This document shows, piece after piece, positions 37,003 to 50,475 of a DNA stretch of 64,000 nt; the first letter of the stretch is position 1; every line of letters begins with the position of its first letter. The stretch spans positions 30,504,001-30,568,000 of the forward strand of contig OX597839.1 of NCBI GenBank assembly GCA_951406725.2, written 5' to 3'. Position numbers and translations under genes: made by a program. The notes beneath the pieces are model-generated. The model made no database searches. It was not told where the DNA came from and worked only from the letters and a program-made list of their open reading frames with translations. This DNA comes from Octopus vulgaris. Taxonomy: Eukaryota.

Positions 37003-38543
37003 ATAATCCTAGGAAGGAATTTTAAAGAACATTTAATGCATCGCTACGCGCGTTTCCACAAATCACAGGACTTTTAAGATGAGAGTCCGTATTTGAGGGA
37101 TGATTCCAGTGTAGTCCGTAACATTCCTTGGGCATCCAGTTGATCATCATTGGTTCATTTCTTCAGGATGAACCTCAGAGGGATGTTTTTTTTTTCTTCT
37201 CTTTTTACCAGTCTGAAGATCAAAAGGGTTGTGTGGGAATTTCTGTGTGTATTTGGTGGAGAGGAGTAGAAGGTGATGGGAATAGTTATATGGGGATGGA
37301 GGTGTGTGTGTGTGTGTGTGGTGGTGGTGGTGGATCTATTTTGCTATTCATTCAACAGATGTCAAGGATGGGTAGTGCATTATTTTGTTTGATTCCATTT
37401 AAGGGCCTGTCTTCAATAAATTCTGAACTCAACAGGGAATCAAGTGCTGCTGCTTTGCAATGGCGTTTGTGGACTGAATTGATAAATCCTGCTTTCTTGT
37501 GGTGATCTCTTCATTGTTTTTGTTGGAATAGTGTACAGCATCACAAATATTCTTTTCTACTCTAAGAACAAAGCCTGAAATTTTGGGTGAGGGGGGGGGC
37601 AGTCAGTGAGATCGACCTTAGTGCGCAACTGGTATTTAATTTATCGATCCCGAGAGGACGAAAGGCAAAGTCGACCTCGGCGGAATTTGAACTCAGAACG
37701 TAAAGATAGACGAAATACCTATTTCTTTATTACCCACAAGGGGCTAAACACAGAGCGGACAAACAAGGACAGACATAGGTATTAAGTCGATTACATCGAC
37801 CCCAGTGCGTAACTGGTACTTAATTTATCGACCCCGAAATTTATCGCCCGGCGTGCTAACCTGTCTTATTTCTTTATTGCCCACAAGGGGCTAAACATAG
37901 AGAGGACAAACAAGGTCAGACAAAGGGATTAAGTCGATTAGATCAACCCCAGTGCGTAACTGGTACTTAATTTATCGACCCCGAAAGGATGAAAGGGAAA
38001 GTCGACCTCGGAGGAATTTGAACTCAGGGCGTAACGGCAGGCGAAATACGGCTATGCATTTCGCCCGGTGTGCTAACGTTTCTGCCATCTCACCGCCTTC
38101 AGCATCTCAAATATTGGTTTCTTTGTTTATATGTCTGGCTTCCTTCGCTTTTCTACAATGTGTTATTTCGTTTCAAAATATTTCTTCAGACTCCACGAAT
38201 GATGTTTAGTTCATACGTTTATATGATAGGATCATCTCAGGGTGCCCGTCTATCACGTTTTCCCTGGATGTGATTATTTCCTGGGTTTCTTCTAGACAGA
38301 AGTTGATTACCCGTGATGTACCGTTATAATTGGACCAGTTGGTCGTATGTTTCACTCCATTCAGTTTTAGTCTCCAGACCAGGTTCGAGGGAGGTGTGTA
38401 GTGTCTTTTATTTATATTCGAAAGTAAGTGATATGAAATAAGTAATCCCAGAATATGGACTGTGATCTTAAAAGTCATGTCATTTGTGGAAACGCGCGTA
38501 GAGATACATTAAATATTTTTAAAATTCCATCCTAGGATTATTA
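37003..38543. mobile_element. 1.5-kb segment bounded by about 100-bp terminal inverted repeats, embedded in (AAT)n/(ATT)n
   Basis: ataatcctaggaaggaattttaaa..ctacgcgcgtttccacaaat..gacttttaagat is mirrored at 38450-38543. Confidence 0.75.
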
Positions 38544-38617
<74 letters not shown>

Positions 38618-38711
38618 GTTATTATCATTATTATAAAGGCAGCGAGCTGGCGGAATCATTAGCCGGGCGGAATGCTTAGCGGTATTTCGTCTGCCGTTAC
38701 ATTATGCCTTA

Positions 38712-38762
<51 letters not shown>

Positions 38763-38955
38763 GACGAGCTTCTTTCAGTTTCCGTCTACCAAATCCACTC
38801 GCAAGGCTTTGATCGCCCCGAGGCTATAGTAGAATACACCTGCCCAACATGCCACGCAGTAGGACCGAACCAAGACTTTACCCAGCAAGCTACTTACCAT
38901 ACAGTCACCCCTGCGCCTATTCTATATATATATATATGCTTGATATATATAATAT

Positions 38956-39025
<70 letters not shown>

Positions 39026-39169
39026 CATGTATATTCTATTATAATATTATTTATATTATATAATATATGTTATATAATATATATTATGTCCGTATTATTA
39101 TATGTAAAATTATCTATCATGTTATATAAAATATATATTTATCATTCAGATTATATATATATATATATA

Positions 39170-39235
<66 letters not shown>

Positions 39236-39509
39236 CATGCAAAATACATATATCTTTTATATTTTACTTGTTTCAATCATTCAACTGCGGCCATGCTGGG
39301 GCACTGCTTTGAAGGGATTAAATCGAACATGTCAACCCCAATACTTATAATTTTTCAGAGTTTGGTATTTATTCAATCGCTATTTTTGACCGAACCACTA
39401 AAGAGGATGAAAACAAACCAACACTGGTTGCCAGACTGTGTGTATGTGTGACAAAGAGACAAAGATACATATATGCACAAATTACTACATATATACATAC
39501 ATAGATACC

Positions 39510-39582
<73 letters not shown>

Positions 39583-39612
39583 ATATATATATATGTATAT
39601 ATATATATGTGT

Positions 39613-39644
<32 letters not shown>

Positions 39645-39699
39645 GTATATATGTATGTATATATATATATATATGTAGGTATGTATATATATGTATGTG

Positions 39700-39747
<48 letters not shown>

Positions 39748-39786
39748 GGGAGAGAGTTTGAAGTGATGTACAGATATTGTATATTT

Positions 39787-40410
<624 letters not shown>

Positions 40411-40430
40411 TATATATATATATCATATAT

Positions 40431-40815
40431 AGGCGTGGTTGTGAGGTAAGAAGCTTGCTTCCCAACCACATGGTTCTGGGTTCAGTCCGACTGCTTGGCA
40501 CCTTGGGCGAGTGTTTTCTGCTATAGCCTCGGGCCGACCAAAGCCTTGTGAGTGAATTTGGTAGACGGAAGCTGAAAGAAGCCCGCTCGCTGTATATATA
40601 TATATATATGTTTGTGTCTGTTTCTACCCACCGTCGTTTGACAACCGATGTTGGTATATTTATGTCCCCGTAACTTAACGGTTCAACAAAAGACACTAAT
40701 AAATTAGGTACTAGGCTTACAAAGAATAAGTCCTCAAGTCGATTTGTTGGACTAAAAGCGGTGCTCCAGCATGGCCGCAGTCAAATGACTGAGATAAGTA
40801 AAAGAATAAAAGAAT
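40431..40815 (+). mobile_element. Representative of an abundant bipartite SINE with a central microsatellite
   Basis: aggcgtgg..ggtaagaagcttgcttcccaaccacatggttc..ggcaccttgggc..gacggaa.ctgaaagaagccc [TA/TG] ..gtaacttaacggttc..ccagcatggccgcagtc..taaaagaat. Further copies at about 1795-2200(+), 2710-2830(-), 3005-3880(+), 14335-14890(-), 28080-28410(-), 34880-35265(-), 38760-39450(-), 50315-50670(+), 52215-52600(+) and 61325-61470(+). Confidence 0.85.
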
Positions 40816-41299
40816 GTACGAGAGAATGCCAGAAAGTTCCTTGTTTTGGATAAAAGAAAACATGGGAGGATCAGTTAATTCTGCTTTTATTGAACATATT
40901 CCCCTCTCAGAGTCACACACTTATTGCAGTGGTCCTTCAGTTTTTCTAAACCCTGTTTAAGAACTCGGAAGTTTGGGCCTACAACCACGCTTTTCGCGAT
41001 ACCTTTAAAGCCAGGAACTTTTCAGCACTGCCCCGCGCGCGTGTGTGTGTGTGTATGTATGTGGGTATATATATGTACACACACACACACACACGCTCAC
41101 ACACACACACACACATATATTTATATATTTCGTGGTGCTGCTACTGTTTATATCTCGCTCAGACATTTATCATTGCTTTTATATATATCGATAATAACAA
41201 AGGGTAAAATTAATTAATTAAGAAGTAATTAATAATTTCACCAAGTAGAATTCGGTATGAAAAAAGGACCATTTCACGGTAAGTTTAAGTAATACTAAT

Positions 41300-41533
41300 A
41301 AAAAGGGTTCAGCAAAGATTTGCTTCACCACACACCGACGTTTAGAAATAGCAGCCAAAAATCTTAGCTATTTCTTCTACTTTAAAAGGGGGTCTCCCGG
41401 AGAAACCAAAATACTTGAATACTTTGAATATTTGGGTTTCTCCGGGAGACACCCTTTAAAGTAGAAGAAATAGCTAAGATTTTTGGCTGCTATTTCTAAA
41501 CGTCGGTGTGTGGTGAAGCAAATCTTTGCTGAA

Positions 41534-41541
<8 letters not shown>
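41300..41541. repeat. Near-perfect palindrome (about 118-bp arms) ending in (TA)n
   Basis: aaaaagggttcagcaaagatttgc..gtctcccggagaaacc / ggtttctccgggagac..gcaaatctttgctgaaccctttt. Confidence 0.95.
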
Positions 41542-41626
<85 letters not shown>

Positions 41627-41690
41627 CTATATTTAAGAGATGAGGAATTATTTACATTTGACGGATATTTGTCCTCATCTTGTTTGCTGT

Positions 41691-41736
41691 TAACACAACG
41701 TTTCGACTGATGTACCCTCCAGCTTTCATCAGGTGT
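41691..41736 (-). ncRNA. Minimal type-I hammerhead ribozyme-like motif in a short Penelope-type terminal repeat fragment (41620-41763)
   Basis: Minus strand reads gacac CTGATGA aagctggagggtacatcagtc GAAAC GTT gtgtt. Both core boxes are intact, stem I is gacac/gtgtt, stem II is gctg/cagt, and stem III is the palindrome AACGTT. Confidence 0.7.
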
Positions 41737-41762
41737 CTTGGGGAAATTTCCAACCTGGGTTC

Positions 41763-41841
<79 letters not shown>

Positions 41842-42325
41842 TTACGCTGTCTGTTCGCAATTTAGAAATGAAAGGCAACAAGTTTCCTTGTCGCTAAAGT
41901 GACGGAGGGTGCTAATAAGCGCCAGCATTGCTAGGAATAAATGCCAAAACAATTCTTAGCCATGTGAGAGCACTTTTCTAACGACTGACAAGGGAGACAG
42001 GCTCCCTCACTACATTTATGTATATGTATGTTTGTTTGTATGTATATATGTATCTATCTATGTATATATGTGTGTGTGTGTGTGTGTATAAAGGATGTTT
42101 TGTATATTATATACATAGTACAGTACATGTTCGCTTATCCTTGATACGTCATCCCAATGGTTACCAGATTGGAAAAGGAAGCTGCGAATATTTGTGATGC
42201 AAATTACCATCTCTTGGTCTCCATAGTTACAGAAATCACAAAGTAAACACTGGAGAAAAGAACGACCTTTCACTCTGATGTAATTTCAGTCAACCTACTA
42301 GATCTCTCTCTCTCTCTCTCTCTCT

Positions 42326-42371
<46 letters not shown>

Positions 42372-42518
42372 ATATATATACGTACATATATATATATAAA
42401 GTCTCATTCTTTTGACGTCACTTTTTATTATTATTGTTGTTGTTATTATTATTATTGTTGTTATTATTATTATATATGTATTGATATATATATATATATA
42501 TACATGTATTAATATGTG

Positions 42519-42590
<72 letters not shown>

Positions 42591-43095
42591 AATATATATA
42601 TTTATATATATATACGCACATGTATTTACATGTGTATATACATGTATGCATATGTATCTATATATGTATATATAGATATGTGCGTGTGTGTGTGTGTGTG
42701 TTACAAAATTTTAAAACCCCATAACAAATTCTCTTGTATTTTTTCCTGCGTGGAAACATTCTTTTTTTCTCAATATGTATATATATATATATATATATAC
42801 TTTGATAGGTTTCGGCTATTATTGGCCCAGGCCATGTCTAACTTAATAGCACCATATGTGCATTGCATATATTCATATACATACATGTACACACCCACAC
42901 TCACCCACCCACCCCCACACACGCGCACACATCTATGTATGCAATGTGTATGCACCTCCAGTACCGAAAGAGAATTATGAAACAGCTGTAAACATACCGA
43001 ATTAAACCTTATTTGCCTTTCGTCTCTTTTTAGAGTTTGATTGATTATGCATACGTACACCCATGTATGTATGTATATATATATATGTATGTATG

Positions 43096-43131
<36 letters not shown>

Positions 43132-43149
43132 TGTATATATGTATGTATG

Positions 43150-43199
<50 letters not shown>

Positions 43200-43231
43200 T
43201 GTATGTATGTATGTATGTATATGTATGTATG

Positions 43232-43283
<52 letters not shown>

Positions 43284-43954
43284 TGTATGTATGTATGTGT
43301 GTATGTATGTTATGCATGTATGTAAATATATATGTATGTGTGCATGAATAGTGTATGTTTTCACCACAAAACTTTAAGTAATGCAGAGCTGAATGAAACG
43401 TTACTTTCTTTCGTTTATTGAGTCACTCGTGTCTACGTTCATCTGTCCATTCATCCTCATCCATCCACCCGTACACATGTGTGTGAGCGACATAAGTAAG
43501 CATGTTGGAGAGAAAGTGTTTGTGTGTGTGTGTATATATATGTATGTATATATGTGTGTGTGTATATATATATATATATGCACACACATATACACACAGA
43601 CACATGAACACATGCATGTGTGTGTGTGTGTCTGCATGTGTGTGCTGAGGAGGGCCGTCTATTAGAAGTCGTTTGTGCGGGACGATGGAGTGTGATAAAC
43701 AGGAGGAACGAAAAAGGCAGATTTAGAAGAGGCGGGTCGCCATATTGGCGTCGTGGTTGTCGTTTGCTTGCGGTGGCGACAGTGGTTATGGAGGCGGCGG
43801 CGGCGGTGCCAGCGGTGTTGGTGATGACAAGAAATTGTACTGTGATCTTTTTATATTTCAGTTATTTGGGTGTTTTTTTGTCTTATTTCTTTATATTTAA
43901 CTGTGGGTGTGTAAGTCTGTGTATGTCTATGTGTGTGCGTATTTACACACACAC

Positions 43955-43986
<32 letters not shown>

Positions 43987-44949
43987 CTGTGGTGGCGTGG
44001 TTTGTTTTCTTTTTTCTTTTGTTGTTGAGTTGACAAAACGACGGGCGAGGATCTGAAAAAGAAACAAAAACGGAAAGCAACAAAATCAGAAAACAAACAG
44101 GAGCCGGTGCCGAAGGCGGTGAATCTTCCTAATCGTTCCTAAAGCAAGTTAATCCTCCCCATAGTAAAAAAAGAAAACAAAACAACAAAAACCAATAAAA
44201 ACCGCAAGAAACAAATAAAAAAGCATTGGTGACCGACGTCGCGGCGCCAGATCAGACTTGGATAAATAAATCTTTTTTTCTTTAACTCTTTTAAAAGGAT
44301 TAAAAACTGCGATATAAGTGGTTGTTGTATTGTGTGTGGGGTGCTGTTATGGTGTATCGGTTTGATGGTGGTGGTGGTGATGGGGGGTGGGGTGAGGATG
44401 ATGGTGGTGGGGATGATGGTGATGGTGACGGTGGAGCTAGCAGCTACGACTACCAGCTACAACTACAGCAGCATCAACAAGAACAACGGCAGCAGCAGTA
44501 GCAGCAGCGGGAGCAGTAGCAGCGGCGACAGCAGCAGTAGTATTAGTGTTATTAGTATTAGAACAGCGGAAGTATGAAGTGCATTGCGGATGTCATCACA
44601 TTTTATGATGTCAAAATGGCCGCCTTCTGTATTGTAGAAGATTGTCAATTCTTAACGGTGATAGATTAGGTGTCGGGTTTGCCATTCTTGCTCTACCCTG
44701 GACATAACACTTCTCTAATGTATGCACGTAGAAGATAGTTATTACATGACTTAATTGAAGTAAAAATGTCTCAGTTTTAATTTGCATAATTTATGTAATT
44801 AATGAGTCAACAATAACTAGCAGTCATTTTAAATGTTTGACAGTTATCAAACTGTAACAGGGGTCGCCATTGAACTGACAATTCAGCGAACTGAATTTAG
44901 AATAGCAGTGTGAATATTCTGGCTTAAGATCACCTTGGAAGGAGGGCCT

Positions 44950-47900
44950 AGTGACTGTGGTCACATGGTATAGGGGCCGTTTTCAGGGGCTGAATCGCTG
45001 TAGTATACAACGATATATGCTTGGAGGTCAGAGTAAAAGGACATCTATTGGGACATTTCAGTATCATGCTCTCAGTCGATCAAGGTTGTCTCCTCTTGTC
45101 TCTTCCGTGTGTGCTGACTCAAGAGCCACGACTGCTCAAATTGGAGACTATGGGGGGGGGGGGGGACATCTGGCGTGAAGTAGGATGCAGGAAATAGGCG
45201 TCGGCATATGCAGAAGACGAAACCGCTATATTGTCAGAGCCAAGTAACCGGTCACTAAAGGACGACGAGGCAGTGACAGGAGGCAAAATTAATCAGGTAA
45301 AGTCGGTGAGCCTGCAGCTGGGCACTTGGAGTAGCAGCTCCATATTATAGAGTAGCATCTTGGTGCGCTGGACTGACAGACCAATTAGATTGCTTTGGAT
45401 CTGGTTTGGTTCAGATCTCCAGATGGAGAACAGCTGGAACGAAGTGCCGAGCAGAAAGACCAGTCTTATCTAGAAATGTGCAAAGCGAAAGCATCCTCTG
45501 AAAGGTCGGGCAGAGGTGGTGAACGTCTACAGTGCTTTCTTAATCTATTATCTCTTGATCGTCATGCCTTGCCCCAGCTCAGATCTGATCAGACTGCAGT
45601 ATCTGCTCCTCCGCTTTTGGCCAGGCTCTCCACTTACGGTTAACATTAGCTGTGTGGAAGACTGTGTATGCCGTGGCCGATTATGCTGAGGCTGCGACAT
45701 CTCCAAAGTTTCCTTGAAGAGGTTTGCTAACCATTTGTCAGATACATATTTCCATGGCTCATCTCTTTCACAGAGCTGTAGTCCTGGATCAAGCGCAGAC
45801 CGAAGCAGGGAGCCTGGTCCTAAAATGTCATCTGGTACTCACAGCCGTCTCCCAGTCGGGAAATGCGGCTGGTGGAGATGGAAACCGAGGGTTAGTAGCA
45901 GATGGAAACGATGATATTCTCAGGGATACTCTGAGTATCGATGAAGATCAACTGGCTGATCTATTCCAAAGGACTTTCGGAGCGCGGCCCATGGATAATT
46001 TCCAGAAACCCTTGGCGTAGCGGTGTACTGAGAAGATGGAGTATTGTCGGTTCAAGATAAACCGTCCACGCAGAGAAGTGCCGCCAGCCGAGCCTTTCCG
46101 AGATACACTCGGAGCGACGAAACTTCTGTAGGCACTCGTTTAGTTTCCGAGCACAGGTAACTTGTGGAGTTATGTCGAGCAACTACCTGTGCACGTAGGA
46201 CAGATCCAACCATCAGATGAGTCTATTGTAAAAAATCGTCTCGCTGCGTTCCTTTGTCCAGGAAGGGCAGGCATTGTTTATCTGGCTGGTGGTAGCTTTG
46301 ACGAATGAGGTTGTGTGGTGGACGAAATTGAAAAGGCTGAAGTTCTTATTAACTATTTCAAATTTCAATTGAAAAAGAAAATAAGGATTGGAGAAGGACG
46401 AGCTGCCTTTCAGCAAAGATGGATGGGAATGAACGGACTGTATACTGGAGAAGGAGAACGAGCAGGGGCCATATACCTTAGTGGCCAATATGACGGTAGT
46501 TTTGTGAGGACGGATTTCCACGACTAATCCTCAGAGATCTCCCCGTTTTTGCAGAATTAGCCTTTGAATTTTTCTATTATTTTCCTTTTGACATGGTTTT
46601 TCAATATATATAACCCCACTCAAGGTGTCGTCCTGCATCGTGTATCCCATCCCGCTCAAAAGATCCTTGAACAAGGGTTGTTTAAGGATGTTGAACAAAA
46701 CACCCATGTTTCCAGAGGTGAATTATTCAAACCCCAAAGAATCCCTCTCAACACATGGCTATGGTGCTCTCCCACTACTTCTGCTCGTGATCAGAGATGC
46801 CCATATCGTCAGCCATTAAGGGATATGCTCAGCTGGTTAAGGTCAAGCAACTAACCAGCAAATCTGTGGTAATGAGCAGAATATTTGCACATGTCTGTGC
46901 ATCATTAGCCGAGGCATGTCCAGTCCTCCACTGAGTGGCTGCTGATGGTAGATGGACCGTCTGACGAGCGGAACAAGTTCCTTCCACAGAAACCGGAAGA
47001 GCAAGCGCTCCAAATTGATCAGCCACGAAGCAGCACAACCGACGACGGTCAGGCGATAGTAGATGACGAAAGCGATGCGGCTGAGGCTGCGACATCTTCA
47101 GTGTTTTTTTACGGTGAGCAGGTATGGTCGTCGTTTGTCAGACAAGATTTTCCGCGGTTCCTCTCATCGACGGAACTACAGTCTTGGATTAAGCTTAGAC
47201 CGAGAAAGGGCGCTTGGCACCTGGAGTGTTGGTAAGTGCTCACAGCCCACTGCCAGTCAAGCAATGCGTTCGGTGGAAGTTGCGCATTGGAGTTCTATGG
47301 GGATTGGTGGCGGGCAAGAGCAACGACGTTCTCGAGGAAACTCGGCGCGTAGGAAGGGATCAGTTAGCTGGTCTTTTCCGGAGGACTTTTGGGCCGGGGT
47401 TTATGAATAATTTCCAGAAATCCCAGGCCTGGCAGTGTTACTGGTGAGCTCTGCCGGTTCGAGACAAACTCAACAGGCACAGAAGTGCTGTCAGAAGGGT
47501 CTTCCCGATATGTGCGCAGGGTGATGAAAGCATTCTGCATGCATACGTTCAGTGCTCGGCCGCCGTTGCTCGTGGAGCTTTGTCAAACAGCTGTCGACGC
47601 GTGTAGGACGGATCCGTTTATCAGCCAGGATCGCCCCGTCGCCTTCTTTTGGTCACGAAGAGAAGGCAGTTTTCCTCTGACTGGTGGCCATGACGAAAGA
47701 GGCAGTGTCGTGGGTGAGGTTGGAAGGACTTGAAGCTAGATGCTTTCCTCTTCGGCCAAGCTCTCAGCGACTTTTTCAAGTTCTACTTGAAAAGGAAAGT
47801 GAGAGTGGAGAAGTGCTGCCCCTCACTACTTTCGTTAAAAGGTGGGGTGAATGTGGTGAGGATGGCCCGCGTGAATGGGCCTATTCTGAACATATACTTG

Positions 47901-48150
47901 TAAGTTGGAGGGACGACGAGACAGGTACCTATTGAGGTGCCCTTGATGGTCGGGATGACCAGGAAGTGCAGGGTTCCTTGATTGGCCTTGATTGGCCTTG
48001 GGTGGACTCTCCACTTTTCAGGAATTTTATTGTTGAATTGTTATTATTTTTCGGGTCTACATGTGTTTTAGCTCAAAGTCCCACTCGTCCCTTGTTTTGT
48101 ATTGTCCCTTTTTGTTTTGAGTTTAGCCCTAATAATCAATAAAGAAAAGT
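44950..48150 (+). mobile_element. Two older Tx1-like LINE relics (about 44950-46620 and 47075-48150) separated by a minus-strand SINE-like repeat (about 46625-46890)
   Basis: Same motifs as the 28721 copy (GEQVWSSFVRQDFP, RPRKGAWHLEC, FRRTFGPGFMNNFQKSQAWQCY) with many stops. Further fragments at about 32190-32560 and 59860-60100. Confidence 0.78.
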
Positions 48151-49072
48151 TTATTACCATTATTATGGTGGCGAGCTGTTAGAATGGTCAGCGGCATTTC
48201 ATTCATCTTTAACGTTCTGAGTTCAAATTCCGCCGAGGTTGACTTTGCCTTTTATTCTTTTAGGGTCGATAAAATAAGTACCAGTTGCGCACTGGGGTCG
48301 ATGTGAACGACTAACCCATCTCCCGAAATTACTGGACTTTTGTCGAAATTTGAAACCATTATTATTATTACACATACGAGCCTTTGTTTCCTCGTCCATC
48401 CGTTCTTTTACTCATCAATCATTAACTCTTTATGATTTAGGCTTTATAATTGTTTCAGAATTTCCGTCTTCCATCATCTCTTCTTCTCTTTCCTCCACTA
48501 AAAAATCATCATCATCATCATCATCGTCGCCGCTGTCATCATCATCATTGACCTCATCATATCGCCCAAGTCAGTTTCATTGAATAAAACATTTTTGGCT
48601 CGTTTAGAGAATGTTTTTTTTACAGCTAAAACAATAAATATTAAGACCGACATTTGTGGGGAGGGGACTAGTTGATTATATCAACCCCAGTGTTTCGCTG
48701 GTGCTTAATTTATCGACCCTGAAAGGATGAAAGGCCAAGTCGACCTCGGCGGAATTTGAACTCAGAACGTGAAGACGGACCGGCGTGCTAACGATTCTGC
48801 CAGCTTTCCGCCTTAATTTGTAATTAAATATAAAACAATTAATGGATACAGTTAACACAATTCGGTGAAACACACACACACACATGAATGCGCACGCACG
48901 CACATAGATTATGATTTCGATTAGCCATAACGATATTAATAAACAGTTGTTAGAAGATATCTATCTATCTGTCTGTCTATCTATTTATATAGACACACAC
49001 ATCTATGTCTGTATATGTGCGTGTGTGTGTATTTGTGTGTACATATACACACGTATAATGTGTGTGTGTATT

Positions 49073-49104
<32 letters not shown>

Positions 49105-49568
49105 CATATATATATTATACACACACATAGATATATAGATACATATATATGAGGGAGAGAGAAAGGATCGTTATGATTAAACTTCAAAATTTTCACAATG
49201 TTTTTAAGCATTTTATTTCCCCCTTGTTATCGCTCATTATTCACTGATAGTCATAGGTGGTGATAGTCATTGATTCATCTTCCTTTAATCTTTATTCATT
49301 GACGGCCATGTTTCTCATTGAGTGATCTTTTATTATTCTTTAATCATTGGCTGCTCTTGCTGTTGGTTTTGCCATTGGTTGTTTGTGTTTCGCTGATTAT
49401 TTCTCCTCCGCCCATTGGCTGCTGCTGCCTCCAAGTTTCACTCGACTGGGCGTTTACAATCTTCCACTGATGATTTCCTTTTCTTTCATCATCATCATCA
49501 TCATCATTATCATCATCATCATCATCATCATCATTATCATTATCATCATCATCATCATCATCATTATC

Positions 49569-49639
<71 letters not shown>

Positions 49640-49837
49640 CATTATTATTATAAAGGCGGTGAGCTGGCAGAATTGTTGGCACGATGGACGAAATGTTTAG
49701 TGGTATTTCGCCCGTCGGTACGTTCTGAGTTCAAATAAGTACCAGCTGAACACTGGGGTCGATGTAATCGACTCATCCCCTCCCCCAAAATTGATGCCCT
49801 TGTAGCAAAATTTGAAACCGTTATTACTATTATTACA

Positions 49838-49896
<59 letters not shown>

Positions 49897-50094
49897 CATT
49901 ATTATTATAAAGGCGGTGAGCTGGCAGAATTGTTGGCACGATGGACGAAATGTTTAGTGGTATTTCGCCCGTCGGTACGTTCTGAGTTCAAATAAGTACC
50001 AGCTGAACACTGGGGTCGATGTAATCGACTCATCCCCTCCCCCAAAATTGATGCCCTTGTAGCAAAATTTGAAACCGTTATTACTATTATTACA

Positions 50095-50150
<56 letters not shown>
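49640..50150 (+). repeat. 257-bp tandem duplication of a SINE plus (TTA)n
   Basis: The units starting at 49652 and 49909 appear identical, including the same internal deletion after gagttcaaat. Confidence 0.92.
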
Positions 50151-50151
<1 letters not shown>

Positions 50152-50442
50152 TTGATAAAAGATTCCCCCGTATCTGCAGAATTTATATAGTATCCTCGGG
50201 GTGCCACCCAGGGGACTTGAGTAGATAACGGATATTATGTTCTTAATATATTTGGTAATTCCATGATGTCGCAAAACGCTGGGACTGAATAAAAAAAATG
50301 TACATATGAGTGTAAAGGCGTGGTTTAGGGTTCGGTCCCACTGCGTGGCACCTTGGGCAAGTCTCTTCTGCTATAGCCTCGGGCCGACCAAAACTTTGTG
50401 AGTGGATTTGGTAGACGGAAACTGAAAGTAACCCGTCATATA

Positions 50443-50475
<33 letters not shown>

